NCBI GenBank assembly: GCA_963829055.1
Contig: CAWHHI010000020.1
Location: 984,695-1,048,694 of the forward strand
DNA from: an uncultured Gemmatimonadaceae bacterium
Lineage (GTDB): Bacteria; Gemmatimonadota; Gemmatimonadetes; Gemmatimonadales; Gemmatimonadaceae
DNA length: 64,000 nt
Direction of reading: 5' to 3'
Positions 1-9,528 of this stretch are shown piece after piece; positions within the stretch are counted from its first letter, which is position 1; each line of letters begins with the position of its first letter. The notes beneath the pieces were generated by a model. The model had not been told where the DNA came from, searched no databases, and saw only the letters and a list, made by a program, of their open reading frames with translations. A program made the position numbers and the translations under genes.

Positions 1-44
1 ATGTACAGGCGGAAATCTATTCCCGCCGGCGCACTATCGCCCGG

Positions 45-1529
45 TCATCGGGCCAGGAACTCACTCCAGGCGATAGGCTGGTAGTTCTGCACGCAGAACA
101 GCGTGTCCACCGCGAGCTTCTCGCGATCGACCGCGTTGCGCAGGTCCACGAGCGACGTCTCGAAATATCCCTTGCCTGGCTGCCCGGTGACCGCGCGATT
201 CGGGAACACCAGGTCGGCGCCATAGAGCAGCTTCGCGTCCGGGAAGTACGCCATGAGCATGCGCTCGCCGTACGGACCGCCGACGGGATAGAGCTCGATG
301 CGGTTCTCTCCCTTTCCGATGACGGTCTTCGCGCTCACCGGCATGAACTTCGGCGCCCTGGGTTGCTTCGCCAGCCGGTCCGGCTCGAGCGTGTGCGGCG
401 CCTTCGCGACTTTCGTGAGGAACGGGACGCTCCCGGCCTGCACGTAGATCGGGATGCCTAACGCGATCGCCTCGCGCACGCCGCCGATGTGCGCCCACGG
501 GTCGGACGTCATGACGATCGCCTTGATCGGCGACCCGGGCCATCGCCGGTTCGCCTCGTCGATGACGTCGTGAAGGTACTGCGCGCTGATGTGCGCCTCG
601 AAGATCACGACGCCGTCCGGCTGCTTCACGAGCGTCATCGCCCACTGGTCCGGGACGCGCACGATCCCCGGCCTGAGCTCCGTCGGCTGTCCGCGCGCGC
701 CGAGCCGAAATGTCGAGAAGTTGAGCTTCGAGTTTGCCGCGTACTGCGCCCGCGCCGAATCCGACACGGTGAGCGACTCGGCCGGCACGCGCGCGGTGTC
801 GAGCGCGACGGTCGTGATCGACACGTCGTGAAGCAGTTCCCCGTTCAACAGCACGCGCTCGTGCATCGGCCACCAGGCGCCTGACGAGTGGATCGACCAG
901 CGCCCGTACTCGGTGCGCATGGTGACGTCGCCGAACGCGGCCCAGCGGAAGTTGTCGGGATAGGCACGGACGATGTCGACGGCGTCCGGCAGATGCGTGT
1001 CGCGATTCAGCTCGAGGCGCATTCGCCCGTTTCGCCACGGAAACGACAGCACGTCGTACGTGATGCCGAAGTGCGTCGCGGTTCCGTCGAGCCGCAGGGC
1101 CGGTGACGCGGCGGCAAGCATGAGCGCGCGGGCTGGCGCTGCATCGATGCGGTCGATCGCATCCTCGTACGCCGCACGCGACGAGCCGGTCTCGCGCGCG
1201 CCGATTCGATTGGAGACGACCGAGTCGGTGAGAACGGTGACGAGCTCCGGGCCAGGGCCCGTCGTCGCGAGGTTGCGGAATGTCCGCCGAAAGCTCGAGG
1301 AAGTACCGTCGCGCAGTTCGGCGAACTGGCTGTACGTGGGGTACCACGGCCCGTCGGCGCGCTCGCCGTTTCCGAGCACGTAGTCGTGTTGAAGACCTGT
1401 GAGGCGGTATGCGCGAACGTCGCGAAGCGACGCGGAGCGCTGTAGCGCCGCGACCGCGGCATCAACAAGCGCGCGCGGGTCTGGCGGTGCGGGCAGGGCG
1501 ACGGAAAGCGCGAGCAGGACAGTCAGCAT
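45..1529 (-). CDS. Secreted protein with C-terminal metallo-beta-lactamase-fold-like domain
   Basis: 494-aa ORF; hydrophobic N-terminal signal peptide; C-terminal half resembles a degenerate MBL fold (VVIFEAH...AIVMTSDPWAHIGG...LLYGADL). Confidence 0.6.
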   Translation of the reverse strand: MLTVLLALSVALPAPPDPRALVDAAVAALQRSASLRDVRAYRLTGLQHDYVLGNGERADGPWYPTYSQFAELRDGTSSSFRRTFRNLATTGPGPELVTVLTDSVVSNRIGARETGSSRAAYEDAIDRIDAAPARALMLAAASPALRLDGTATHFGITYDVLSFPWRNGRMRLELNRDTHLPDAVDIVRAYPDNFRWAAFGDVTMRTEYGRWSIHSSGAWWPMHERVLLNGELLHDVSITTVALDTARVPAESLTVSDSARAQYAANSKLNFSTFRLGARGQPTELRPGIVRVPDQWAMTLVKQPDGVVIFEAHISAQYLHDVIDEANRRWPGSPIKAIVMTSDPWAHIGGVREAIALGIPIYVQAGSVPFLTKVAKAPHTLEPDRLAKQPRAPKFMPVSAKTVIGKGENRIELYPVGGPYGERMLMAYFPDAKLLYGADLVFPNRAVTGQPGKGYFETSLVDLRNAVDREKLAVDTLFCVQNYQPIAWSEFLAR

Positions 1530-1720
1530 CGTCGAGTATGATTGTGGTTATAGGCTCAATCCCACACGATGCACGCACCCCGAGGACCTCCAAACGACTT
1601 TGTGGCCAGTGACTGTTATGATGTGGCCACAAGCGGAAAATCGGGGTGCTCGTATTCCTGAGGCCACTTTCCTAAGGCCTCCTTCCTGAGCCTACCAACC
1701 CTGACGCGACACACCGCGCA

Positions 1721-2907
1721 TTACTTCGCGCGACTCCCGAAGTACACCACATTCGGCGCGTCCGAGCGCGCCGCGGCAATGTCCATGACGCCATCGCGAT
1801 TCAGGTCCGCGATCGCGAAGCCGTAGACCGTGCCTTTCCTGTCGCCAACCGGAATATCGCGGAACCGTCGTCCGGAACCGTCGTTCAAGTGCACGATGGA
1901 TGGCGCCTCCACGTTGCCGACGATGATGTCCGGTTTGCCGTCGCCGTTCACGTCCGCGACGGCGAGCGCGTACGGCGCCACCTTCGCGTCGGCCACGGAC
2001 ACAGGCCGCCGAGAAGGCGCCGTTCCTCTGACCGAAGTAGACCGCCGTGCCTTGTCGCTCGTCGATGGCGACGAGATCGAGGTGTCCATCGCCGTCCAGA
2101 TCCGCCGCTTCCGTCATCCGGATTGTGCGCGTTAGGCGGGCCGAACGGAATCGTTCGCGAGGGCGAGAACGTTCCCTTCGGACCCGCGAGGTACACGCGA
2201 CTCTGGCCGCCGTCCCGGTACGGCACGGCGAGGTCGATCAACCCGTCGCCATTGAAGTCCGCGGCTGTGATCGTCGTCGCGGGCTCGCGCGAGAACGCGA
2301 CGCAGTCCGAGTCGAAGCGCCCCTTCCCCTTGTTGAAGCAGATGTAGTTCGCGCCGGTGCTGTCGCTGCGATTGGCGACGACGATGTCCGGGAGCCCGTC
2401 TCCATCGATGTCCGCCACCGTCGCGTTTCGAGTCTCCCACTCCGGCCGCCCGAACGTCGATCCCACGCTGAAGTGTCCCTTGCCGTCATTCAGGTACACG
2501 AGCTTGGGATCCGGCCTGTCGTTGCTGATGATCACATCGAGATCACCATCGCGGTCCACATCCGCCAAGTGCCCGGAGTACGATCGGTCCGAGGCCTTCC
2601 CGAGCGGGTACCCGGCCGCGAAGTGCCCAGCTCCGTCGCCTAACAGCACCCGATCGACGAGCGGCCAGTGGCGACCCTTCGCGAGCACGAGATCGAGGCG
2701 GCCATCTCCATTGAGGTCACCGGCGCTGACGTTCGCGGACGTCTCCGACGTCGACTCGAGCAGAAGAACCCGGTCGAAGGTGGGGAACGTGTCCACCGAG
2801 ATTCCACTCGGTCCGTGCATCGCCGCTGGAGCCCGTACGGCAGTCGCCGCCGACACCACTCCACCGAGTACGACAACGGCGGCCGCTATAGCGCGCGCGC
2901 GGTTCAT
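1721..2907 (-). CDS. FG-GAP/VCBS repeat beta-propeller protein (frameshifted near 2120)
   Basis: Repeated GDLNGDGRLDLV / ADVDRDGDLDV / ADIDGDGLPDIVV / ADFNGDGLIDL / ADVNGDGKPDIIV motifs split over ORFs 1948..3075, 1692..2117 and 1721..2089; start placed at MNRARAI with a signal peptide. Confidence 0.8.
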
Positions 2908-2916
2908 CGCATCTCG

Positions 2917-3062
2917 TGTCATTCCGAGCGGAGCGGGTGTCATTCCGAGCGAGCAGCGAGAGCGGCGGAGTCGAGGAATCCTTTCCTTCTTGATAGAGGG
3001 CCCTCTACCCTGCAAGCCAAGGATTCCTCGACTGCGGCCTTCGGCCTCCGCTCGGAATGACA
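2917..3062. repeat. Nested-palindrome REP-doublet/MITE-like element, copy 1 (double head)
   Basis: TGTCATTCCGAGCG at 2917 and 2938, GTCGAGGAATC 2970, TAGAGGGCCCTCTA 2994-3007, GATTCCTCGAC 3022, CGCTCGGAATGACA ending 3062. Confidence 0.9.
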
Positions 3063-3071
3063 CCGTTGCCA

Positions 3072-3093
3072 TCATGCTAAATTATTAGCATGA
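3072..3093. promoter_or_regulatory. AT-rich inverted repeat, possible operator
   Basis: TCATGCTAA-ATTA-TTAGCATGA, perfect 9-bp arms in a GC-rich background. Confidence 0.45.
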
Positions 3094-3193
3094 AACGACG
3101 CCGGGGTCAAGCATGAGATCGCACGAGACGCGCCCCGAGCTCGCCACGTTAGGCATGCCGTGCGGCCTTGGCTCGTGAACCGCCGATGCTGGA

Positions 3194-3652
3194 CTATCGG
3201 GGACGAAGATCGCTCACCGAGTACACGGGCGCATCCGCCGCTGGATCGCCGAGCGCGATCCGGGTCGGAAACCCGAGCGTCAGGTCGTACTGCACGGAGA
3301 GCGACGTGGTGCCGTTGCGAATCGCGTCATCCACGATCGCGAACAGTCCCTCCACGGCGGGGAACAGCTCGGCGTATTGAGCGGGAACGGCGGCGTTCGA
3401 GCGCGTGTACTGTCGCGACTCGACGACGCCATTCCGAACCATGACGATGACCGGCCCGCTCATCTCCGGCAGACATTCGCACGACCGCGAGATGGTATAC
3501 GTGTACGCCGCGGGGGCGACGCGAGCCCAACGCGTTCGCGCCGCCGTCAGCTCGTTGGCGGGAGCGGTGCTGCCTGAATTGCATGCGGCGGCACTCAGGA
3601 CCACGACGGCCGCGAGCGAGGTGACACACGAGGAGGCGCGCCGGTAGCGCAT
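3194..3652 (-). CDS. Lipoprotein, DUF6174-like
   Basis: Lipobox-like AAAC; YTYTISRSCEC and YDLTLGFP motifs typical of this family. Confidence 0.65.
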   Translation of the reverse strand: MRYRRASSCVTSLAAVVVLSAAACNSGSTAPANELTAARTRWARVAPAAYTYTISRSCECLPEMSGPVIVMVRNGVVESRQYTRSNAAVPAQYAELFPAVEGLFAIVDDAIRNGTTSLSVQYDLTLGFPTRIALGDPAADAPVYSVSDLRPR

Positions 3653-3740
3653 GATGGCTCCGCAGATGAGGAAACGTGTCGATCGGCTGAACTTGCCAAA
3701 CCTCATCTCGCGTTCGCGGTCACTCCGGTCGCTACGCGAC

Positions 3741-3777
3741 GGCGGCGGAATCGCTTATCGCTCGCGACTCCGCCGCC
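3741..3777 (-). terminator. GC-rich hairpin downstream of the general stress protein gene
   Basis: GGCGGCGGAATCGC / GCGACTCCGCCGCC; fully paired (one G-U) on the minus strand; no clear U-tract. Confidence 0.4.
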
Positions 3778-3806
3778 CTGCATTGCAACCTGATACTACT
3801 GGGGTA

Positions 3807-4349
3807 CTAGAAGTTCGGCCGCGTCTCCGTGCGCCCGGTGGTCTGGCCCGCGCCGTATGTGCGCCCGCCGAGTTGCGTCAGCTCTGAGCGCAGACGCTCC
3901 GCCGACACATCATCCGCATCGACAGCGACGAGCACGCCACCGCGCTCGACTGTCGATCCATAGAACTCCGCTTCATCACGCGAGTATCCGGCTTTGGAAA
4001 ACGCGCCAGCCAGCGCGCCAGACGTACCGCCGACGATCGCGCCGGACGCGATCGCGCCGCCCGTCGCGCCGAGTGCCGAGGCGAGCACACCAGCGGTGAC
4101 GAATGGGCCGACTCCTGGAATCAGCAGCGCGGCCAGCCCGAACAGCGTGCCGACACCAGCGCCCGCGAGCGCGCCCTTGCCGACGCGCTCGCCAGTCGTG
4201 TCATCGGTTGCACGTCCCGTGACGTCGATGTCATCCGGACGTCGCGATACGATGGACATTTCGCTATCCGAGATGCCTCGGCGACGAAGCTCTGCTATCG
4301 CGCGCTCGGCCTGCGTACGGTCGTCGAAAACTGCGGTCACACGTGCCAT
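3807..4349 (-). CDS. General stress protein-like membrane protein (YflT/DUF1269-like)
   Basis: MARVTAVFDDRTQAERAIAEL start, glycine-zipper GAGVGTLFGLAALLIPGVGP, and GGVLVAV. Confidence 0.75.
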   Translation of the reverse strand: MARVTAVFDDRTQAERAIAELRRRGISDSEMSIVSRRPDDIDVTGRATDDTTGERVGKGALAGAGVGTLFGLAALLIPGVGPFVTAGVLASALGATGGAIASGAIVGGTSGALAGAFSKAGYSRDEAEFYGSTVERGGVLVAVDADDVSAERLRSELTQLGGRTYGAGQTTGRTETRPNF

Positions 4350-4679
4350 AGTTGCATCCTCCACCTGCTGTATGTCCCAGCGCGCCACGATTAATGGTTC
4401 TGAGAGCGAGACGATAGCAGCGATGTCCTGTGAGACGGGCACAGCCGCACCCGCGCCCACGCTCCCGGCGCGCGAAAAGCGGTTACACGAATCATGCCGA
4501 CGAGGGTCGCGGAGGCCGCCAACCGACAACCACTGAGGCGGGCTATACAGGCGCGGGGATCTACGGTCCAATGACGTTAGGCAGCGCCTCCCCCGTCTAC
4601 GTGGTCGCGCACTGGACTGCTGCCGCCACTCGCCGGCATATTCGTGGTCATGGCCTTCACCGCTCACAGCGCACGCGCG

Positions 4680-6179
4680 ATGACAAGCCCGCGCTCCCGT
4701 CGGCGCCTCTCACGACTGCGCGCATTCGTGCCAGCGGCCGGTATCTACCTGACACACCTAACGTGTGCGACCGCCGCCCATGCGCAGGCCGCATCCGGCG
4801 CAGCTGGGACCGACTGGACCTGGAGCACACTGCGACAAACGCCCGGCGTGGATACGGCACGCGTGACGTGGCTCGAGCGACACGTCAACATTTCCGACGC
4901 GCGCGCGCTGTTCGCGATCATTGGCCAGCTGTCGAAGCCCGAGGTCGCGCAGCTCATCGTCGAACGGATGTACGGCGACGGCAGCGTCGGCGCGGATCGC
5001 GCGCTCGCCGACAGTCTCTATACGCGACCGTCGTCAGGCATCGCTGGAGCAGTGGACGTCGCGTATCTCACGACGCGTCTCCGTGAGACGGTACTGGCGC
5101 GCGCCCGCGCGGGCGGCGCGTTCGCGACCGAGTTCTCGGGCGAGCGACTCACCGTCCCGACGATCTCGAGCGCGACGCGAACGAAGCACGCTCCGCGGCT
5201 GACGCTGCGCTTCGACTTCGCGCCGGCCGAGACGTTGCTCGCGATCGTGTCCACGCCGAACATCACGGCGAACGCGGCCACGAAGCGTATCAGCACGCCG
5301 TTGTTCGATCCGCTCATCAGGCACCGGAGCCAGCCGTTCTACCCGATGCCGTGGTCACGCGAGTTGCTCGGCGCGAACCTGGCGCGTGCCGCGAGCACGG
5401 ATCCCATCGACCGGCTCTACATCTACGCGCAACCACGCGGTCTCCTGCAGTACGGTGATGTCAGCCTGCATCGTGAGCGCTATCGCGCCGTGCTGCGTGC
5501 CTTGCAGCAGAACGAGCATGCGATCCTCGCGTACGTGGCCGACACGCTGACGCCCTACGTGCCCGAGGGATTCACGATCGACCGCGCCGTGTCGATCTAC
5601 TTCGCCGGCGGTGCCGACGGTTGGGCCTCGAGCGGCGCGACCGCCTTCGATCTCGAGTATTTCAAGGACGACTATCAGCGGCTGCTGAACGTGATCGTGC
5701 ACGAGACGTATCACGGGGCGCAGAGTGCGGTCGCCGCAGCGAGCTCGCCCCGCGCACGACTGGTCACCGTCCGCGACAGTGCGCTGGCTCAGGCCGCGAC
5801 CACGATCTTCCTCGAAGGGACAGCCAACTACATCGCCCCGGCGAAGCAGCGCACGCCCGCGGAGGTGCTGAGCGCGGCGCGCGAGGGAGAGCAGCTCGTA
5901 TCACGCGTCTATGCGGCGACGGGCGGCACGGTGGACCGCGACGCGATGCGGCAGGCGTTGAACGCGGGCGTTGCGGGCGGTGGGCCGTTCTACTGGTTAG
6001 GCGCCACGATGTCCAAGGCGATCGTGGATGCGTTCGGCCGGGAAACTCTCGCGAAAACTCTCCGCGGCTCGGGCGCAGACTTCGTCGCCGAGTACGTACG
6101 CGCGACGCGCGCGCTGCCCACGGCCCCACGTTTCTTCACGCCAGAAATCACCGCGGCGATTCTGCGACTGCGCAACTGA
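4680..6179 (+). CDS. Putative Zn-dependent protease (DUF5700-like)
   Basis: HETYH (HExxH) plus downstream LEGTA motif; signal-peptide-like N-terminus. Confidence 0.65.
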   Translation: MTSPRSRRRLSRLRAFVPAAGIYLTHLTCATAAHAQAASGAAGTDWTWSTLRQTPGVDTARVTWLERHVNISDARALFAIIGQLSKPEVAQLIVERMYGDGSVGADRALADSLYTRPSSGIAGAVDVAYLTTRLRETVLARARAGGAFATEFSGERLTVPTISSATRTKHAPRLTLRFDFAPAETLLAIVSTPNITANAATKRISTPLFDPLIRHRSQPFYPMPWSRELLGANLARAASTDPIDRLYIYAQPRGLLQYGDVSLHRERYRAVLRALQQNEHAILAYVADTLTPYVPEGFTIDRAVSIYFAGGADGWASSGATAFDLEYFKDDYQRLLNVIVHETYHGAQSAVAAASSPRARLVTVRDSALAQAATTIFLEGTANYIAPAKQRTPAEVLSAAREGEQLVSRVYAATGGTVDRDAMRQALNAGVAGGGPFYWLGATMSKAIVDAFGRETLAKTLRGSGADFVAEYVRATRALPTAPRFFTPEITAAILRLRN

Positions 6180-6252
6180 GTGAGCCCTCACTTGCATGGG
6201 TTGGGCATTTGCCGGATGTTCTGCGGCAGGCACCCAACCTGTGAGGACGACC

Positions 6253-7658
6253 ATGAGACGCGCAGCCGAATACATGTCCGCCGCGATGTTTCTCGGCGTC
6301 CTCGCAGTCGCGGGGCCTGCGTTCGCCCAGGACGTGGCGAGCGTAACGGATGCGGCACGATACACTGCTCGGCGCGAGAGAGCCTACGCGCGACTCGGGA
6401 ACGACCTGCTGGTCGTTCGGTCGAGTTGGGCCCCAGCGCACTACACACAACCAGCGTTCGAGCAGGACCCGACCTTCTACTATTTCACCGGCGCCGATCA
6501 TCTGACTCGGCGCCATCCTCGTGCTCGACGGCAAGACGCGACGGTCCGAGCTCTTTCTGCCGAGCGCGTTGCCGGCGTTCCTCGGCCCCGTCGCGGACAA
6601 CCAAGGGAAGCCGACCCCTGCGAGGGACGCCGCGTGGCACGTCGACGCCGTGGCCGACTGGAACCAGTTCTCGCGGTACATCGCACGCCGGTTGGCGGAT
6701 GATCCCCAAACTGTCGATCCGCGTTGACGGCGGCGATTTCACGCTGGAAGGCCTGCGCGGCTGGATCGGGATCCCGCTGGACTCGACGGCCGCGCCCGGT
6801 CGGTCACGTTCCGTGTGGACGGATGCGCTGCGGCAGCGCTGGCCTGACGCGACCATTGTCCCAAGCCGCGCGACGATTTCCATGGAGCTGCGCGCGGTCA
6901 AAGACTCCGTGGAGATCGCCACGCTCCGCCGCGTCGCGGCGAACAGCGCCGCCGCACTGCGCGCCGGGTTGCTTCGCTTCGCGCCTGGCCGTCGCCAGCG
7001 CGTCGTCGAAGCCGCGGTCGTCGAGACCTGCACCGCCACCGGCGATGGGCCTTCATTCTGGCCGTTGGCACTGTCGGGGCCGAACTCCGTCCTGACGCCG
7101 ATCGTATTGAGCGTGGACATGCACAACCTCGACCGCGTAATGCGCGCCGGCGAAATCGCGCACCTCGACATCGGCTGCCAGGTCGATCACTACATGGGCG
7201 ACGTCGGCCGCACGGTGCCGGTGTCCGGGACGTTCACCGCCGGCCAGGCCGAGGTGGTCGACCTGCTGCTCGCGACGTACCGCGCCGGTCTCGCGGTCCT
7301 GCGTGACGGTGTGGCGGATACAGCGCTGATTCATGCCAGTGTGGCCGAGGCGGCGCGGCTACGCCCGACGATGCGTACCGCGTTAGGCCGGCATGCCGCC
7401 GCAGTGATCGCCGACCGCGACAGCATTCCGTACTGGCAGGTCCACGGCGTCGGACTCGACGTCGCGGAGAACCTGCCCGCCGTGCTGCGCGCCGGGATGG
7501 TACTCGACTACGAGCCGATCTTCGCCGTGGACGGCCAGGGGTTCTACATGGAGGACATGATCCTCGTCACCGCGACGGGATACGAGATCCTGACGAAAGG
7601 GCTACCGAACACCGCGGCCGAGATCGAGCGCGCAATGCGTCGTCCGGCGAAGCGGTGA
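6253..7658 (+). CDS. Xaa-Pro aminopeptidase, M24 family (frameshifted near 6505 and 6710)
   Basis: FEQDPTFYYFTG N-domain; LRAVKDSVEI, LDIGCQVDHYMGDVGRTVPVSG, HGVGLDV, YEP and EDMILVT motifs. Confidence 0.85.
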
Positions 7659-7681
7659 GTCGTCACCGAAGCGTTTCGGCG

Positions 7682-8104
7682 TTAGGCCCGCCGCAACGCT
7701 GCTAATTCGGCGTCCGTCGGCGGACGCACCTTGAGCACCGTTTCCTTTCTGATCGTGACCGTTCCCGGCTTCGCGCCGCGCGGCTTGGAGACGTGACGTC
7801 CTTCGGTCATTGATACCGGGACGACCCCGCCCGTGCGCGCCTTGCTGTGGTAGGCCGCAATGCCAGCCGCGCGCTCGAGCGTCAGGCGATCCGGTGTGCG
7901 CTCGGCCGGAACGCGAAGCACGACGTGGCCGCCGGGCATGCCGCGGACGTGGAACCAGCGATCGTTCTGGCGCGCGAGCTTGAGGCTGACGTAGTCGTTG
8001 GCAGCGTCGGTCTTACCCGCGAATACGAGCCAGCCGTCGGGGAGCTCGTATTCGAGGATGCCAGCGGGGAGCGACCGGACCGGCGCATCAGGGTCGCTCA
8101 TCAC
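7682..8104 (-). CDS. NFACT RNA-binding (DUF814) domain protein
   Basis: GKTDAANDYVS, DRWFHVRGMPGGHVVL, AAYHSKAR and KPRGAKPGTV motifs. Confidence 0.85.
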   Translation of the reverse strand: MMSDPDAPVRSLPAGILEYELPDGWLVFAGKTDAANDYVSLKLARQNDRWFHVRGMPGGHVVLRVPAERTPDRLTLERAAGIAAYHSKARTGGVVPVSMTEGRHVSKPRGAKPGTVTIRKETVLKVRPPTDAELAALRRA

Positions 8105-9524
8105 CCACTGCTGGCAGCGCCACGCGGAATTCCGTGCGTCCGGGCACCGACTCCACGTCGATCAGCCCGTCGTTCTGATGGACGAGTCGCCTAACGATAT
8201 CCAGCCCCAGCCCTGTCCCCTTCCCGATCGGCTTCGTCGTGAAGAAGGGGTCGAAGATCCGATTCTTCACATCCGCCGGAATGCCCGGCCCGTCATCGAT
8301 GACGCTCACCACAACCTTGTGCCCTTCGGTTCGCGCCGTCACCGTCACTCTGCCGCCCTGGCTCACCGCGTCGAGCGCGTTGTCGACCAGATTCGCCCAC
8401 ACCTGATTCAGCTCACCACCGAACCCGCGCACCCGGGGCAGGTCCGTCGGCAACTTCAGCGTCACGGAGACCGACTTGCCCCGTGCCTTCGCCGCCATCA
8501 CCGCCAGCGTGTCGGTGAGTCCCTTCGCCACGTCCACCGGCTCCGGCGCGGTCGCGTGGTCCATGTACGTGAAGCCCTTCACCGCGCTCACGAGCGCGTG
8601 CACGCGCGACGCCGCCCGCTCGATGTCGCGCGCCAGCCCGCGAACCGTGCACCCCGCGGCCACCCAGCGCAGCGTCGCGCGCAACTTCTCGCCAGTGAGC
8701 GTGCCCGCCAGCTCGTCGAGCAGGTCCAACGTTACGTCCGTCTCGGCCAGCGACGCGGCGAACGTCTCATCCGCCTGGTGGCCCGCCAGCCAGTCGGCGA
8801 TCGACTCCTCGCGGTCCGACCGCTCCAGCGGCGAGAGCACGCTCGTGACCGGCACCGCGAGGCACAGACCGCGTACACGGTCAGTCAGCGCTACTTCGTT
8901 AGGCTCGAGGTGCGCGGCCCCGAGCGCGCGCGATGCCTCTTCGAGCTCGACGAGAGACTCGGACACGAGCTGCGCACTGCGCGCCGCCGCCGACGCGGGG
9001 TTGTTCAGCTCGTGCGCCAGACCAGCGGCGAGCTTTCCGAGCGACGCCATCTTCTCCACCTGCAGGTCGCTCGACTTGAACGCGCGCACGCGGTCGACCA
9101 TCACGTGCACGAGCGCCGCCGTCACGTTCGGACATTCGAAGGGCATTGCCGCCACGTCCGCGCGCGGAACGCAGAGGATCTCGGCCGTCTCGTCGATCAC
9201 CGAGTTCCCCGGCGCCTTCGCCAGGCGCGAGTACGGGAGCTGTCCGGTCACGTCTCCGTCGCGCCAGTCCATCACCTTGCGCCAGGTGCCGCCCGGGTCG
9301 GTGAGATGCGAGAGCCGCCCCTTGAGGATGACGAACAGCGCTTCCACCGGTTCGCCCTTCCGCGCGATCATCTCGCCCGGCTCGAAGGTCCGGACCGTGC
9401 CGTGCGCGACGAGCCACTCCAGCTCCGCGCGCGGCGCGGTCCCGACGGTCCGGTGCGCGGTGAGTCGCGTGAGCAGGTCGGAATCGTCCGTCGCGTTAGG
9501 TGCCTGCGCCAGCGGGTTGGTCAT
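8088..9524 (-). CDS. cNMP-binding domain sensor histidine kinase
   Basis: N-terminal cNMP-like fold; H-box AGLAHELNNP, N-box LNQVWANLVDNA, DDGPG, FDPFFTTK and GTGLGL boxes. Confidence 0.9.
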   Translation of the reverse strand: MTNPLAQAPNATDDSDLLTRLTAHRTVGTAPRAELEWLVAHGTVRTFEPGEMIARKGEPVEALFVILKGRLSHLTDPGGTWRKVMDWRDGDVTGQLPYSRLAKAPGNSVIDETAEILCVPRADVAAMPFECPNVTAALVHVMVDRVRAFKSSDLQVEKMASLGKLAAGLAHELNNPASAAARSAQLVSESLVELEEASRALGAAHLEPNEVALTDRVRGLCLAVPVTSVLSPLERSDREESIADWLAGHQADETFAASLAETDVTLDLLDELAGTLTGEKLRATLRWVAAGCTVRGLARDIERAASRVHALVSAVKGFTYMDHATAPEPVDVAKGLTDTLAVMAAKARGKSVSVTLKLPTDLPRVRGFGGELNQVWANLVDNALDAVSQGGRVTVTARTEGHKVVVSVIDDGPGIPADVKNRIFDPFFTTKPIGKGTGLGLDIVRRLVHQNDGLIDVESVPGRTEFRVALPAVGDERP

Positions 9525-9528
9525 CGGA

